The position numbers were made by a program, and so were the translations under genes. Source: the human T2T-CHM13v2.0 reference genome, Homo sapiens. From it: a stretch of 64,000 nt of DNA. Of the stretch, positions 48,087-61,590 are shown one piece after another; position 1 is the stretch's first letter; each line of letters begins with the position of its first letter. The stretch is taken from NCBI RefSeq assembly GCF_009914755.1, contig NC_060929.1; one strand, written 5' to 3'. The notes below the pieces were generated by a model. It was not told the origin of the DNA and made no database searches. It saw nothing but the letters and a program-made list of their open reading frames with translations.

Positions 48087-48521
48087 TAAGTTTATATCAG
48101 TTTCACTTCAATTTTTTAGGGTTGCATAATTTGCCACAATTTTCATCAGATATTTTGGAATGATGTAGCAGAATACATCAAGAAAATCTCCAGTTCTTTT
48201 GACAATTTTTGTTAGAGCTTTTTGATTCTTACCCTCATGGAAATACTTGTGTATAAATATAGAAAATCTCAGATTAAATTATTTTCTTGGTAGCCTTGCC
48301 TGTTCCTATTAAGCCACAGAAAATATTAATAAGGTGAATATGTTAACTTTATTTTTCAAATTATTGTTAATCTCAGCATACTATGAAGAACATGAATGTA
48401 CTGTACACACAAACAACTTGATGTCTCACTAAATGAAAGACACATGTGCATTAGATCCATCTACCTTTCAGGCACAGTCATGGGGTTTTTAACTCCACAA
48501 CATTAACTGGAATTGTGGAAT
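48087..48521 (+). repeat. Dispersed direct duplication, copy 1 (435 bp)
   Basis: Matches 50736-51173 with 6 transitions and one 3-T indel. Confidence 0.97.
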
Positions 48522-49240
48522 ACAGATAAGATCATAATTGCAAAGATGTGATATTCCCTGAAGAATTTTTTATCTATGATCAAAATGCAAAAAATTTAAT
48601 GTGTTATGGTAATGTTCCTTATTATCCATGATTAAGTCACACCAAAATGGCACAAAGACCAGGAAACCAGCCAAGCATTCACTGGAGGCATTACTCAGTG
48701 TCTGAGAGATTCAGTTGATTTATATGAATTAAGGAATATTTTACTATCTAGTATGTATCATTTAAAATAAAACAAACCTTCTAAAGATGATAATTGTAAA
48801 CATTTGAATTGTGTTTTTAATTGGAAAAGTAATGAGCTTGTACTGTTAAGCTGTTTCTTATTTTATGTTCTATGCTTTCACAATTTACATTTACTTACTT
48901 GTAAATTGTGTTATCTGAAGAATTTTTTCCATATCTGATGTCTGCATAACTCCGGAATATTGTTAGACATTTAATAGGAACCTAATTATAAAACAAATTT
49001 ATTTACTATGTATGCCATTAAAAACATTACAATTAGCCTGTTTAAGCCTCAATGTATCTCAGCGCTGAACTCTATCAAATGCTATGAACTCACAATTTTC
49101 CATGACTTTATATGCAATTAAAGACCTCAATGAAATTATTTATGTTTTTATCCCCCAATTATATAGTACCTACTCTGTGCCAGGCAATATGCTGTGGACT
49201 GAAGGTACCAACATGAATAAGATAACTTTCCCTCACTGGG

Positions 49241-49733
49241 TGTGATAGGCTGAATAACCACTCCCTCCATCTCCCCCAACCGCCGCATGCGCATGTCCTA
49301 ATTTGTGGAACATGCGAATGTTATCATATGGCAAAGACTTTGTGGGTGTGATCAAGTTAATGATTTTGATTATCCTAGGATTATCCTGGATTACCAAAGT
49401 AAGCCCAAATACAATTACATAGATCTTTATAAGAGGGAGGCATAGAGAGATTTGGCACAGACAGAGAAGAAGGCAAAGTGACATTGGAGGCAGAGATTGG
49501 AGAGATGTGGCTCCCAGCCAAGGAATGCTACAACCACAAAAAGCTGGAAGAGGAAGGAACAGATTCTCACCTAATGGCCTTGGAGGCAATGCAGCCCTGA
49601 TGATACCTTGATTTTATTCTGGTGTTACTGATTTCAGACTTCTGGACTCCAGAACTATAAGAGAATAAATGTGTGTTGTTTTAAACAACCAAGTTTGGGT
49701 AATTTGTCACAGCAGTCATAGGAAATAAATGCA
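49241..49733 (+). mobile_element. MLT1C-like MaLR solo LTR within an L2 fragment
   Basis: tgtgataggctgaat start; ggaggcagagattggagagatg..gccaaggaatgc; TSD CTGGG/CTGAG. Confidence 0.87.
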
Positions 49734-50735
49734 CTGAGGAACTCAAAGTTTAATGAAAGAGACAAACACAAAAAATAATTGTTATAGTACAGCAAGAGCC
49801 CTATTCGAAGTATGTGGGAGCGGATGGGGAGCATGGGTGGAGTATTGACTCTGATGGATCTAGTTCTTTAAAGCTACTTAGAAGATCTGAACTGAAGCTT
49901 GAAATAAAATAGTGTTTTCCAAGCAGGGAAGGGAGTACAAAAATGCAGAAACCAAAAAAATATGGTGAGTTTTATAATGCAAAATGGTATTTTGAAATGC
50001 ACAGTTTAAATCAGGAAATAATTAGCCCTAAAATAATTTTCATTGATTTTAAATTTTTGATTACTCATATTTATCAAAAAAAAGTATATGGCTGTAAAGT
50101 ATCCTTGGAAAATGTAATAGTAAATATACTACAAATAAGAAAATGAATATTACAGCATTACAAATGATTTTCTATCATTGCTTGTTGCTGAGGATTTTAG
50201 AGAGGTTGTTACACAGAAATGTTAATTAAACCATATCAACAGTACCATACTTTAATCAGTTGGAGAGAAATTATTTATTCTAGTTATAAAAATAATTACC
50301 AATTCCTCAAATTATAATAAAAATAAAGCAACAGTTTTAATAAAAATATTTCTCTTCTCTTCATTTTTTTTTTGATTAATACAAATTTTTGCTTAGATGT
50401 TTTTGGCCAAGTGCAAAATAAATAGAGGTCATTTTTCTTGTGTTCTCTTGTGAGAGTTGAACAGTAAAAGTAGTAAGGATGTATGAACAAAAATATCTGA
50501 TACTGTGTTTGGAACTAGAAATTTTGCAGACTAGACAGAACTTGGGTGAGTTTTGAAATATGTTTTCAAGGTTAATTTCACTATTTGAGGAAGAGAGAAT
50601 GGTAAAGAAAAGATGTTATAAGCCAAATGAAGATTTACTGTGGTATAGATCAGGTATCAGTGATTTAGCAATGAAACCAAAGGAAATGATAAATTATAAT
50701 ATGAAGGACAGTTTGATTATCCAGAGATGATAGGA

Positions 50736-51173
50736 TAAGTTTATATCAGTTTCACTTCAGTTTTTTAGAGTTGCATAATTTGCCACAGTTTTCATCAGAT
50801 ATTTTGGAATGATGTAGCAGAATACATCAAGAAAATCTCCAGTTCTTTTGACAATTTTTGTTAGAGCTTTTTGATTCTTACCCCCATGGAAATACTTGTG
50901 TATAAATATAGAAAATCTCAGATTAAATTATTTTCTTGGTAGCCTTGCCTGTTCCTATTAAGCCGCAGAAAATATTAATAAGGTGAATATGTTAACTTTT
51001 TTATTTTTCAAATTATTGTTAATCTCAGCATACTATAAAGAACATGAATGTACTGTACACACAAACAACTTGATGTCTCACTAAATGAAAGACACATGTG
51101 CATTAGATCCATCTACCTTTCAGGCACAGTCATGGGGTTTTTAACTCCACAACATTAACTGGAATTGTGGAAT
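50736..51173 (+). repeat. Dispersed direct duplication, copy 2 (438 bp)
   Basis: Matches 48087-48521. Confidence 0.97.
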
Positions 51174-52068
51174 TCCTGTTTGTTTTTATCAGTGGTCTAA
51201 GATAACTCTTCTATTGATCAAACATTAAAAATATTTTATTCATGTAAATATCTTTGTCAATATCCTTATCCTTGTCAATAGATGTAAGAGGAAAAGTAGA
51301 AAGTGTTGATCAATATTTTGGGATTTCTTTTTTTAAGTACATAAGATGCCATTGGCTTTTGCCATTTCTGTAGCTTTTTAGTGTAGCTAAAAGAAGGAAA
51401 ATATAGTTTTTAGTATTCTAGGAAGACAGACACATACTTGAATTCCATATATGTTCATGCCAGTGGGGTATTCCTATGGCAGCCTTTGTTTCCTCCCAAT
51501 ACATTCTAATGATTAGCCCTAAGACTCTGCTAAGATTGTGAAGTATTTGACATTAGGTAGTACCTTAGGGAGAGTAAAGATTTTGATTGACTCAAGATAA
51601 TATGCATAGAATCACCATGCAAATTCAAGAACAAAGCCACTTTATAAAAGCAAACTAAAAGTAATTTGAAAATAGACTTACTGGGAACTCAGAAGATTTA
51701 CCTCAGTCTCAGGTGATCATGTAGAATGGACGGCCTCCCCACCTTTGGCTACTTTGGGAACCCTTCAAGTGATTTTTTTAAAGTTCCTTCCTAGAACAAT
51801 GTAGCACAATCCCATCTTCTTTGGCAGGTAGGTGTCTCCTATTTTATTCCCTAGTATGAGCTTTTGCTAGTCAACATTTCCCTTTTGCAATGAGGCTGGA
51901 AATGTTTCTGCCTCCTAATAAAAGCTATCACATATTTGAGCATGCTGTTTTTTAGAGTCCATGACCTTATCTGCTTTCAGCCAGATTCTCTTACTACTTA
52001 TAGGCAATTTTCTTCCAAATTTCATTTTATTTTGTTATTATTCATAATGGAATCTGTCCTTAATTTTT

Positions 52069-53232
52069 TTCTTTTTTCCTATAAGTTTTATTTTAAGTTC
52101 AGGGGTACATGTGCAGGACATGCAGGTTTGATACATAGGTAAATGTGTGCCATGGTGGTTTGCTGCACAGATCATCCCATCACCCAGGTATTAAGCCCAG
52201 CATCCATTAGTTATTCTTCCTGATGCTCTCCCTCCCCCAACACCCCTCAACAGGCCCCATTGTGTGTGTTGTTCTCCCATTGTGTCCATGCGTTCTCATC
52301 ATTCAGCTCTCACTTATAAGTGATAACATGTTATGTTTGGTTTTCTGTTCCTGCATTAGTTTGCTGAGGATAATGGCTTCCAACTCTGTCCATGCACCTG
52401 CAAAGGACATGATCTCATTCTTTTTTGCGACTGCATAGTATTCCATGGTGTATATGTACATATTTTCTTTTTCCAGTCTATCATTGATGAGCATTTAGGT
52501 TGATTCCATGTCTTTGCTATTGTGAATAGTGCTGCAATGAACATATGCATGCATGTATCTTTATAATAGAATTATTCTATTTCTTTAGATATATATACAG
52601 TAATGGGATTGCTGGGTCCGATGGTATTTCCGGTTCTAGGTCTTTAAGGAGTCACCACACTGTTTTCCACAGTGGTTGAGCGAATTTACACTCCCACTAA
52701 CAGTGTAAAAGCATTCCTTTTTCTTTGCATCCTCACCAGCATCTGTTGTTTTTTGACTTTTTAATAGCCATTCTGACTAGCATGAGATGGTATCTCATAT
52801 GTTAGTTGGCTGCACTTATGTCTTCTTTTGAGAAGTATCTGCTCATGTCCTTTGCCCAGTTTTTAATGGGCTTGTTTGTTTCTTCCCTGTAAATGTGTTT
52901 AAGTTCCTTGTAGACTCTGGATATTAGACCTTTGTCAAATGGATAGATAGCAAAAATTTTCACCCATTCTGTAGGTTTTCTGCTAACTCCAACGATAGTT
53001 TCTTTTGCTGTGCAAAAGCTCTTTAGTTTAAGTAGACCCCGTTTGTCAATTTTTGCTTTTGTTGCAATTGCTTTTGGAGTCTTTGTCATGAAATCTTTGT
53101 CTGTTGCTATGTCCTGAATTGTATTGCCTACATTTTCTTCTAGGATTTTTATAGTTTTTGGGTTTTACATTTAAGTGCCTAGTTTACTTAAGAGTTTTTC
53201 AATACCTAGTTTATTGAGAGTTTGTAACATGA
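52069..53232 (-). mobile_element. L1PA10-PA13-like 5'-truncated element with a complex 5' junction
   Basis: ORF2 C-terminal peptides (52802..53089, 52356..52550); 3' UTR cagatcatcccatcacccaggtattaagccc; TSD TGTCC(T/C)TAATTTTT at 52055-52068 and 53233-53246. Confidence 0.9.
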
Positions 53233-53829
53233 TGTCCCTAATTTTTTAACCATGATTAAAAGAAATTTTAAAATCCTTCTAACCAAGCTTGAGCCATATA
53301 GCATTTAATATTCTTTATGGGAAAATTTGTTTGGGATCTATATATTCTACTAACATGACATTTTCCAGGCTTTGAACTACAATATGGTTTATTTCTTGAA
53401 GTTTTGCTTTTACAAGTGTAATTTTGACATTGCATAATGTGAGTTTTTTGTAATGTACAGTTACATTTCTTGTATTCTTATAGCAACCAAGTCGTGCCAG
53501 AAAGCAGCTTGTAATCTATTTCTTAAAGATTGTTAAGAGAAGTAGAAAATCTAAAGAAGCATATTAAGCATCCCTTGACAATTTGACACTAGCAAACTGC
53601 CTTCCTCAATTGCTTGTCCCCATTCCCAGAGGATTGCTAAGGAATTCTTATTGCTGTTCCGTGAATATATATTTCACAATGAACAATACGCTGTTTTTAA
53701 AAAAATTGCTTTTTTACACCTAATGGCATACACCTGCACGTTAATCAGAGATAAAAGCTCATCATGAATATTGAATTGCTAGAAAATGCTCTTCAGGGGA
53801 AATATTTCTATCTATATTTTTAAACTTGT

Positions 53830-54220
53830 TTGTTTTGCTTATTGAAGTGTAATTAACATAAAGTAAAATTCATGCTTCTTAGGTGTATAGTTCTGTGAAT
53901 TTTGACAAATTTATATAGTCAGGCTGGGAACATTTCCATCATCCTAAGTTTCCTTATAATTATTTGTAGTCAATCCTCTTTCCCCACACCCAGCCCTGGC
54001 AACTGCTGACCTGATTTCTATCTCAAGAGTCTTGCCTTTTCCAGAATGCTGTATAAAATCCTACAGTATATAGCCATCTTGAGTCTGGCTTCTTTCATGT
54101 AGCATAATGCCTTGAGATTTTTCCATGTAGAAATATATCAGTATGTATCATTGCTTTTTTATGAGTAGTAGTCCATGTGGGGATGTACCACAGTTTGTTC
54201 ATCTATTCATTCACCTTATA
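53830..54220 (-). mobile_element. L1MB/L1ME 3' end fragment
   Basis: gtgtatagttctgtgaattttgacaaat, ccagccctggcaac, ttgccttttccagaatg and ctggcttctttca motifs. Confidence 0.75.
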
Positions 54221-54755
54221 AAATGGTTCACTAGTAATAATTTCATTATTATTAAATTTAGCTGTTATTTTATGTATTCTTATACAAAAAAGGTAACTAT
54301 ATGGGGTGACAGTTATGTTAATTAGCTTGATTGTTGTGGTTATTTCATATTGTATATGTATATAAAATTTTCAAATTGTATACCATAAATATATACAATT
54401 ATTTGTCAATCAGTTATCAATAAAGCTGAAAAATATATGATGAAAAAGTTTAATTTATTTCAGGAAGGACTAAATATACCATGATGATTAAAGGAGTAAA
54501 ACCTCAATTAGTGCAAAGAAGTTTAATAAAATTCAGCACTCAGACATAACAAAATGTCTTTGCAAGCTAGGATTTATGAGAATCTTCTCATGTATACAAC
54601 ACACAAACACAAGAAATAGAAACACTTCTTCTCAACAAGATGCCCATGATCACTACTTCCATTCCATACTGTATTGGAGGTCCTAGCCAGTGCATGCATA
54701 GCACAAAAAGAAATAAAATATATAAGTCTTGAAAAGAAAGAAACTTTTCAATATT

Positions 54756-55108
54756 TCTATTAGTCCGTTTTCATGCTGCTGATAAAGACATGCCTGAGAT
54801 TGGGAAGAAAAAGAGGTTTAATTGGACTTACAGGTCCACATGGCTGGGAGGCCTCAGAATCATGGCGGGAGGCAAAAGGCACTTCTTACATGGCAGCAGC
54901 AAGAGAAAATGAGGAAGAAGCAAAAGCGGAAACCCCTGATAAACCCATCAGATCTTGTGAGACTTATTAACTATCAGGAGAATAGCATGGGAAAGACTGG
55001 CCCCCATGATTCAATTACCTCTCCCTGGGTCCCTCCCACAACACGTGGGAATTCAGGGAGATACAATTCAAGTTGAGATTTGGATGGGGACACAGCCAAA
55101 CCATATCA
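54756..55108 (-). mobile_element. THE1 (THE1C-like) solo LTR
   Basis: t(c)tattagtccgttttcatgctgctgataaagac ... gggacacagccaaaccatatca; 5-bp TSD ATATT. Confidence 0.93.
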
Positions 55109-55697
55109 ATATTCATAGTGCATATTATTGACTACATAGAAAATTCAAAAGAATCTATAGGTAAATACTTTGAATTAATAAGAATATTTAGCAAAGTGGC
55201 TTGATACATGACAAAAATGCAAAAATTACTGCATTTCTATACATCAGCATCAGAGTTAGAAAATACTTTCAAAATATACAAGGATTAAATAATAAAAAGA
55301 TGGAGCAAATTGTAAAATTTAAAGGACAGGAATATTCAGTATCTTAAAGATTTTTATTCTTTCTCCATTATTTGTAGTTTCACTTATTTGTCATCAAAAT
55401 TCTAACAAGATTTTGGCAAGCTGTTTCTGAAATTTACATAGAAGAACAAAAGGCTAAGAATAACCAAAGCAATTCTGAAGAAGAATAAAGTGGGGAAACT
55501 TTATCTACCAGAATCATGACTTATTATATAGGAATAATAGTAAAGCAAGATATTAGCACTGGGATAGACAACAGATAAAGGAAAGAATGGAGCAAGATAC
55601 TCATGCATATATACAAATTTGGCATATGGCAAAAGTAACAATAAAATTCACTAGAGAAGGAATCAACTATATAATAAAAAATATTATGACAATTGAG

Positions 55698-55849
55698 TTT
55701 TTTATTTTTAATTTTTTAAATTTTTCTTTCAGAGGTAGGGTCTCATTATGTTGCCCAGACTGGACTCCAACAACTCCTAGCCTCAAGCAATTCTCCCACT
55801 TAAGCCTCCTTATTAGCTGGGACTGCAGACATGTGCCACTGCACCCAGC
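55698..55849 (-). mobile_element. FLAM/AluJ monomer
   Basis: gggtctcattatgttgcccagactgg...cctcaagcaattctcccac...gccactgcacccagc. Confidence 0.82.
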
Positions 55850-58173
55850 AAGTTGATTTTTTATTTAAAAAATAATGAAATTTGATCCCCTCCTCACACC
55901 TACATGAAAACAAATTTCAAATGAATTTAAAATGTGAATATAAAAGGCAATAGTTTAACACTTTTGGAAGAAAACACAGGAGAATATTTTTAACGTCTTA
56001 AGAGAACATATTCTTAAATAAGGCTGAAAGAGTGCAACCCCACAAAAGAAAAATGTATAAATTTGACCACATTAAAATAAGAAGTGTTGGTACATCAAAG
56101 AACATTATAAAGAAAATGACAACCCATGCAGTGAGAGAAAATATTTGTAACCCATATAGCTGACAAAGAATTTGTATTCTCTAAGTCGATTAAATAAAAG
56201 CCAAGAAAACAATAGTAAAATGGGCCAGAGACTTAATCAGACAATCCCAAAAGGAAAAGCACAAATAGTTTTGAAACATATAAAAATATGGCCGACATCA
56301 TTACTTCTCCATAAAACACTTATTAATTTTAAAGGGTACAAGAGAAACTTTTCAGTAGAAAAGCATGGTAACCTTGTGATCAAAATCAACATCATCAGTA
56401 ATGGTACAAATTGAAACCATACACCACCTTGATCAAATGCAATAGGAACACAGCAGCACTTCTGTAATAGTCCTACCAAAGGTGCACAACTTTAATCAAA
56501 GCATGAGGAAATCTCAAACAAACTCAAATTAAGTACATTCCATTAAATTAACTGGCCAATTATCATCAGAAGTACCTCAAGAAATGACTGAGGAACTAAG
56601 GAAGAAGCCTAAAGTGATGTAACTGCTAAAGTATTGTGTGATTTGGGACATTTTGAGGTAAAGGACATTAGTGGAAACTGAATGGAGGTTGAAAATTAGA
56701 TGGCAGCAATGTATCGATGTTAATTTTCTGTTTTGACGGTTGTATTGTGCTTAAGTAGGAGAATGTTTAGAAGGACATTTATGGTCACCAGATAACAAAA
56801 CTATTCAGAAGTAACACGGGCATCATATTAGCAACTTATTTTCAAATAATACTCTTCCCATAACTTCTTTCAACATAAAAGGGAATTTTTTAATTCTACA
56901 AAAAGATATAATTTTAATCATTTTGGCAAATATTTAAAGTTCTGGCAATATGAGGTATTGAAGAGGAATTGATCCACAGGAACTCTTATACACTACTAAA
57001 GGAAGTGGAAAACAGTATGACCCAGGAATTCATACTATGCAAAGAGAAAATCTAGTACATATGCTCCAAAAATTCATATTAAAACATTCATAGCAGCATT
57101 ATTTTTGCAAAATAAAATAAACTATATAATTATACAAGATAGTATTACACAACATTGAAAATTAAAAATATTTATAGATGAATCATAGTTTCTTAATGGT
57201 GAGTATAAGAAGAACACTAGCTACAGTGATTCCATTTTTATAAAGCTCAAAAATAAAGCAGCATTTATACAAGCTATTATTTAGTTAGGTATATGTATAC
57301 ATGTAATAAAACTTTTCTTTTTAAGGCAAGAGAATGATTAATGCACAGTATAAGAGAGGGTTATACTTATGTGGAGAGGCAGGGGGAGCAGATTGGATAT
57401 AACTACATTGGTAATTTTGGGTTCTTAGGTGGTAGCTTTGCAGGAGTTTAATATACTATTATGCCCTATAACATGTATATTACATATTATGTCTATTATA
57501 ACTATATGTATCAAATATTACATAAAATATTTTTGAGTAATTGAAATCATTGAGGAGCAATTTAAGATAGCAGTTTTGGGTTTTCCCTTTTAATGCTGGT
57601 AAGAAAACATTTTAAGGCTGGAGAGAAAGGGGAAGACATAGCAAGATCTATCTGTCAGGACATTTTTTTGACTAACATAGGCAAACAGTAAACACAAGAA
57701 AACCCTGGGACTGAAAAATTAAAATATTTCTTGGTATTATATCCCAGGGGCCCTGGTTATTTGAGACTATTTAAAACCATCCCTACCTACCTCATCATTA
57801 AAATACAGCAGGAATAGGTAGATGCAATACTCTAGTCATCTCTGATGCTGTGTGCCCTCCTGGTGTAGTTTAACCAAAGTTCTCAATAGAAGTAGATTCT
57901 GTTGTGCTGATTTTTTTGTTTGTTTTAAAGAGTCTCTCTGAAGCAGAAAAACTACTCCAAAAAGTCTTTGCTCTTAAGTATAGAGTTCCATTTCTATTTA
58001 TCAGATGGTGCTCCAACACATGAAGAAAACAAGCAAATTGATTATGTAACAAGGTAGACAACTTTATAAACACAGACTAGTGACCCTTGGAGCTCTAAGA
58101 TTCAGTGTTATAAAACATAGATGCTTCCTGACAGCTTTTTCATGTACTTTGTTTGCATTGAATCCATATATAT

Positions 58174-58337
58174 GGTATTGGAGAGGAATTGATCAACAGG
58201 AACTCTTACACACTGCTAAAGGGAGTGGAAATTAGTTCAGACACTTTGAAAAACAACTTGGCACCATTTTGTAAAAGATGTTAAACATTCACAAATAGTA
58301 TGACCCAGGAATTCATACTATGCAAAGAGAAAATCTA
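58174..58337 (+). repeat. Local copy of the L1M segment at 56954-57054, flanked by a 24-bp inverted repeat
   Basis: Two high-identity blocks shared with 56954-57054; inverted arms at 58150-58173 and 58337-58360 (21/24). Confidence 0.9.
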
Positions 58338-58999
58338 TGTATATGGAGTCAGTGCAAACATTTAAACTATAAGCAAAAGAAAAATTTCATATCGAGCTCA
58401 CATTCTGAGGTACTATAAATGAATGTTTACCCTGCAGTCATTGATTAGGTAGATAAAAGTTGTGTGGTCACTAAACATTTTATTTCCTGTTGAAATAAAA
58501 TTCTTTGAAATGGAGGTGATAGAATGTAAACTTTATTGGCACAACTTTTCCTAGTAAGAAGCAGCAATAGATATCTGTCACAAAGATAATTGACTGAAAA
58601 AATAAAATAATCGCTTCATCATAAGGATAATAGAGCAAAGCAGCAGCAGAAGAGTTGATATCTGAACATCTCCAAGTACCCGTTTTTGTATTTTCCACTA
58701 CTTCAGGATGGATAGTACCAAATGACTTCAACAGAAGTGGAGTGAACCTGTTACTAATAAACCTGGGACTGATGTGTAATTACGTTTTCAGTGATTCATC
58801 TGTGAAACACCCTGGGTTATTTTACATGGAAGCATCTGGTTCACATGTGTCCAGTGGTTATTCTGTGGTGACTGACATCTGTATTCTTCTAATAAAGTCC
58901 CAGTTGCACAGATGTGAGCTGTTGCCTTCTTATAAAGACAGAACTTACAATTGAAAAATCCTAAGCTTAAACTCTTCTTGAATATGAACATTTCAATCT

Positions 59000-59002
<3 letters not shown>

Positions 59003-59049
<47 letters not shown>

Positions 59050-59063
59050 GAGAGAGAGAGAGA
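59003..59063. repeat. (CA)n(GA)n compound microsatellite
   Basis: About 20 CA units followed by a GA tract. Confidence 0.97.
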
Positions 59064-59634
59064 AATGGACCACTTGCACTGTGTCTGGAACGTAATATAA
59101 ATATTTCATGCAGTGTCTTTCAATCATTGGACATATGTATGTAGGCACCTTTATCTCTTTTTATGTTTGTTTATAGCATAGCATCTGTTTTAGATTGTAA
59201 GCTCAAAGAAGGCAGTCCATGTCAATTTAATATTATACAGACAGTGTCTAGAAAAGCATAATTCACTTTTGAGTGCTTGCTAAGTATTTGTCAATCAAGA
59301 TGGTGATGTTAATGACTTTCAGGAAAAATGGAGTTTATAATCTGACTGTAAACACCTTTTGCACTATAAGAGGTAAATGCTGTACATGGACTTGCTTCTT
59401 ATTTCACTCATTATCATTAGACAGGTAACGCCTAAAACTTTGTTGTTTTGAGAAAAATTTATTTATGTTAGAATAATCCTCTAGTGATGTGTGATATATG
59501 AGATTTTAAAGTGGCAGACTTCAAGGCATGTTTCATGAGGGAAGTAGCATTTTAGCTCAGCCTTCGAGGGTAAATAGAATTTGGACACATAATAATGAAG
59601 GGAAAAGAAGGAGAGGCCATTGGTGAAGAGCATG

Positions 59635-59830
59635 GAGGAGACAGGCAGGCATGGGTTCAAGTCCTTCCTTGGCCAGTAAGTTATGAGACCTCAGTGAATC
59701 AGTACGATATCTAAGGGTTTGCTTTCTCATCTGCAAAATAGACACATATTATTGTGACAATTACATACATAACAAGCTTAAACACAGCATTTGGCCTAAG
59801 GAGAACATTTAATACTTGTGGACAGCTGTT
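59635..59830. mobile_element. MIR
   Basis: gggttcaagtcc...ttatgagacctcagtgaatc...tttctcatctgcaaaatag. Confidence 0.7.
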
Positions 59831-60500
59831 ACTCTTAGGACAAATTAGCCATTTTGAATAGACTTTCAACAGAATTTTGAATATTGAACTTGAAAAAAAA
59901 AATACTTGGAGGGAAACTCTGGGCTATGTGTGAAGATCTAAAACTTCTAATGGAACTCTTATTTGCACAGAGAAAGTCAAGGTCCACTTCTTAAGACATC
60001 TTTTTCCGTCTTAAGTTAGTCTTCAATTACATGTGTGGCAGAGTGACATCAAAGTATAGTCATGTATTCTCAAATTAAAATGTCAATACCATAATGAATA
60101 AAATACTTTCAATGTGTGAGTTACTTTTCTTTCTTAGTCCTTTTATTTATCTTCTGCATGCTAGACTTGTAAGTATTGTGGGCTCTGACTCTGAATCCTA
60201 TGAAAAACTCCTGTTTGCCTTATTTTCAAGTTAATAATAACCATTTATTTTATGTGTAAGAAAGAGTTTGTCCTATACACTTGCATAAGCAGACACAAAA
60301 CACTTATCATCTGTAATAGGTCATGTGACCTCCTCTAAATTCCTCAAAGAGAAATTAACAAAAATAACACTCAGTGTATAATATTTATGAGGTCCACTTC
60401 TCATGCATAGTATCAAAACTTTTTATCACTGGCAAGGAAGGGGGACAGTGATCTCTAAAGAGAAACCTAAAGAATTTATAACCACGTTCTATTTTGGTAA

Positions 60501-60844
<344 letters not shown>

Positions 60845-61099
60845 AAACCTTTTTTTTCTTTCCAGGTTTATATTTATAGGAACAACCACTGTGATAGTTG
60901 TTTCCATTAATGTCTTTGTATCTATGTTGTACTTTAATCTTTCTATAGGAAAAATCACATCATATCAAAATAGAACTTTCATTTAAAAATAATTTAATTT
61001 CCAGGTAGTGAAAAAGCATATATGCTACTCTCTTGGTTGTAAGAACTACTTCTTACTCTAACATTCCTAGGAATAAAAACTTCCAGGAACTGTAGTGTT

Positions 61100-61590
61100 A
61101 TAGTTAACTATTATCCATTAGAATTCAACAGACCAGTTACCTTAAGAACATTACCTAGAAAGAGTATATTCAAGGATGTTCATTGAAATGTGGTTTACAA
61201 TATGGGCATTTACCTTGTTTATGATTTTTGACTGTGAATAAATAATCAGTTATATTTTTAAGGTACCTCAATGTAACGGAATAGTATGAGGTTATTGAAA
61301 ATGATCAAACTATTATGTAGACCTGTAATTATTGACAAAGGAAGATATTCACCAACAAATTATTAAGGGAAAAAATGGTATAAACTCTTTTATAATACAA
61401 CTACTTTTAAAAATATTATGTACATACGTACATTATATGTATGTGTGTGCATATATATATATATATAAGATAGACACTAAAATATCAACAAGTGAAGGCA
61501 CAGATGATTATCTTTATTTTGTCCTTTCTATTTTTCTGACTTTTCTAAAGTTTTTGCAATGCATATGTAGTGATTTATATACCAAAAAAT
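61100..61590 (+). mobile_element. L1ME 3' fragment
   Basis: caaggatgttcattg, ggaatagtatg and ggaagatattcac motifs. Confidence 0.5.

Larger units (their letters stand above)
54470..57530 (+). mobile_element. Ancient L1M(E) ORF2 3' half and 3' UTR, interrupted by THE1, FLAM and an L1MC-like piece
   Basis: ggaggtcctagccagtgca, gaatatttagcaaagtggc, gaacaaaaggctaagaataaccaaagcaattctg, cctcacaccta and attcatagcagcattattt motifs. Confidence 0.7.
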
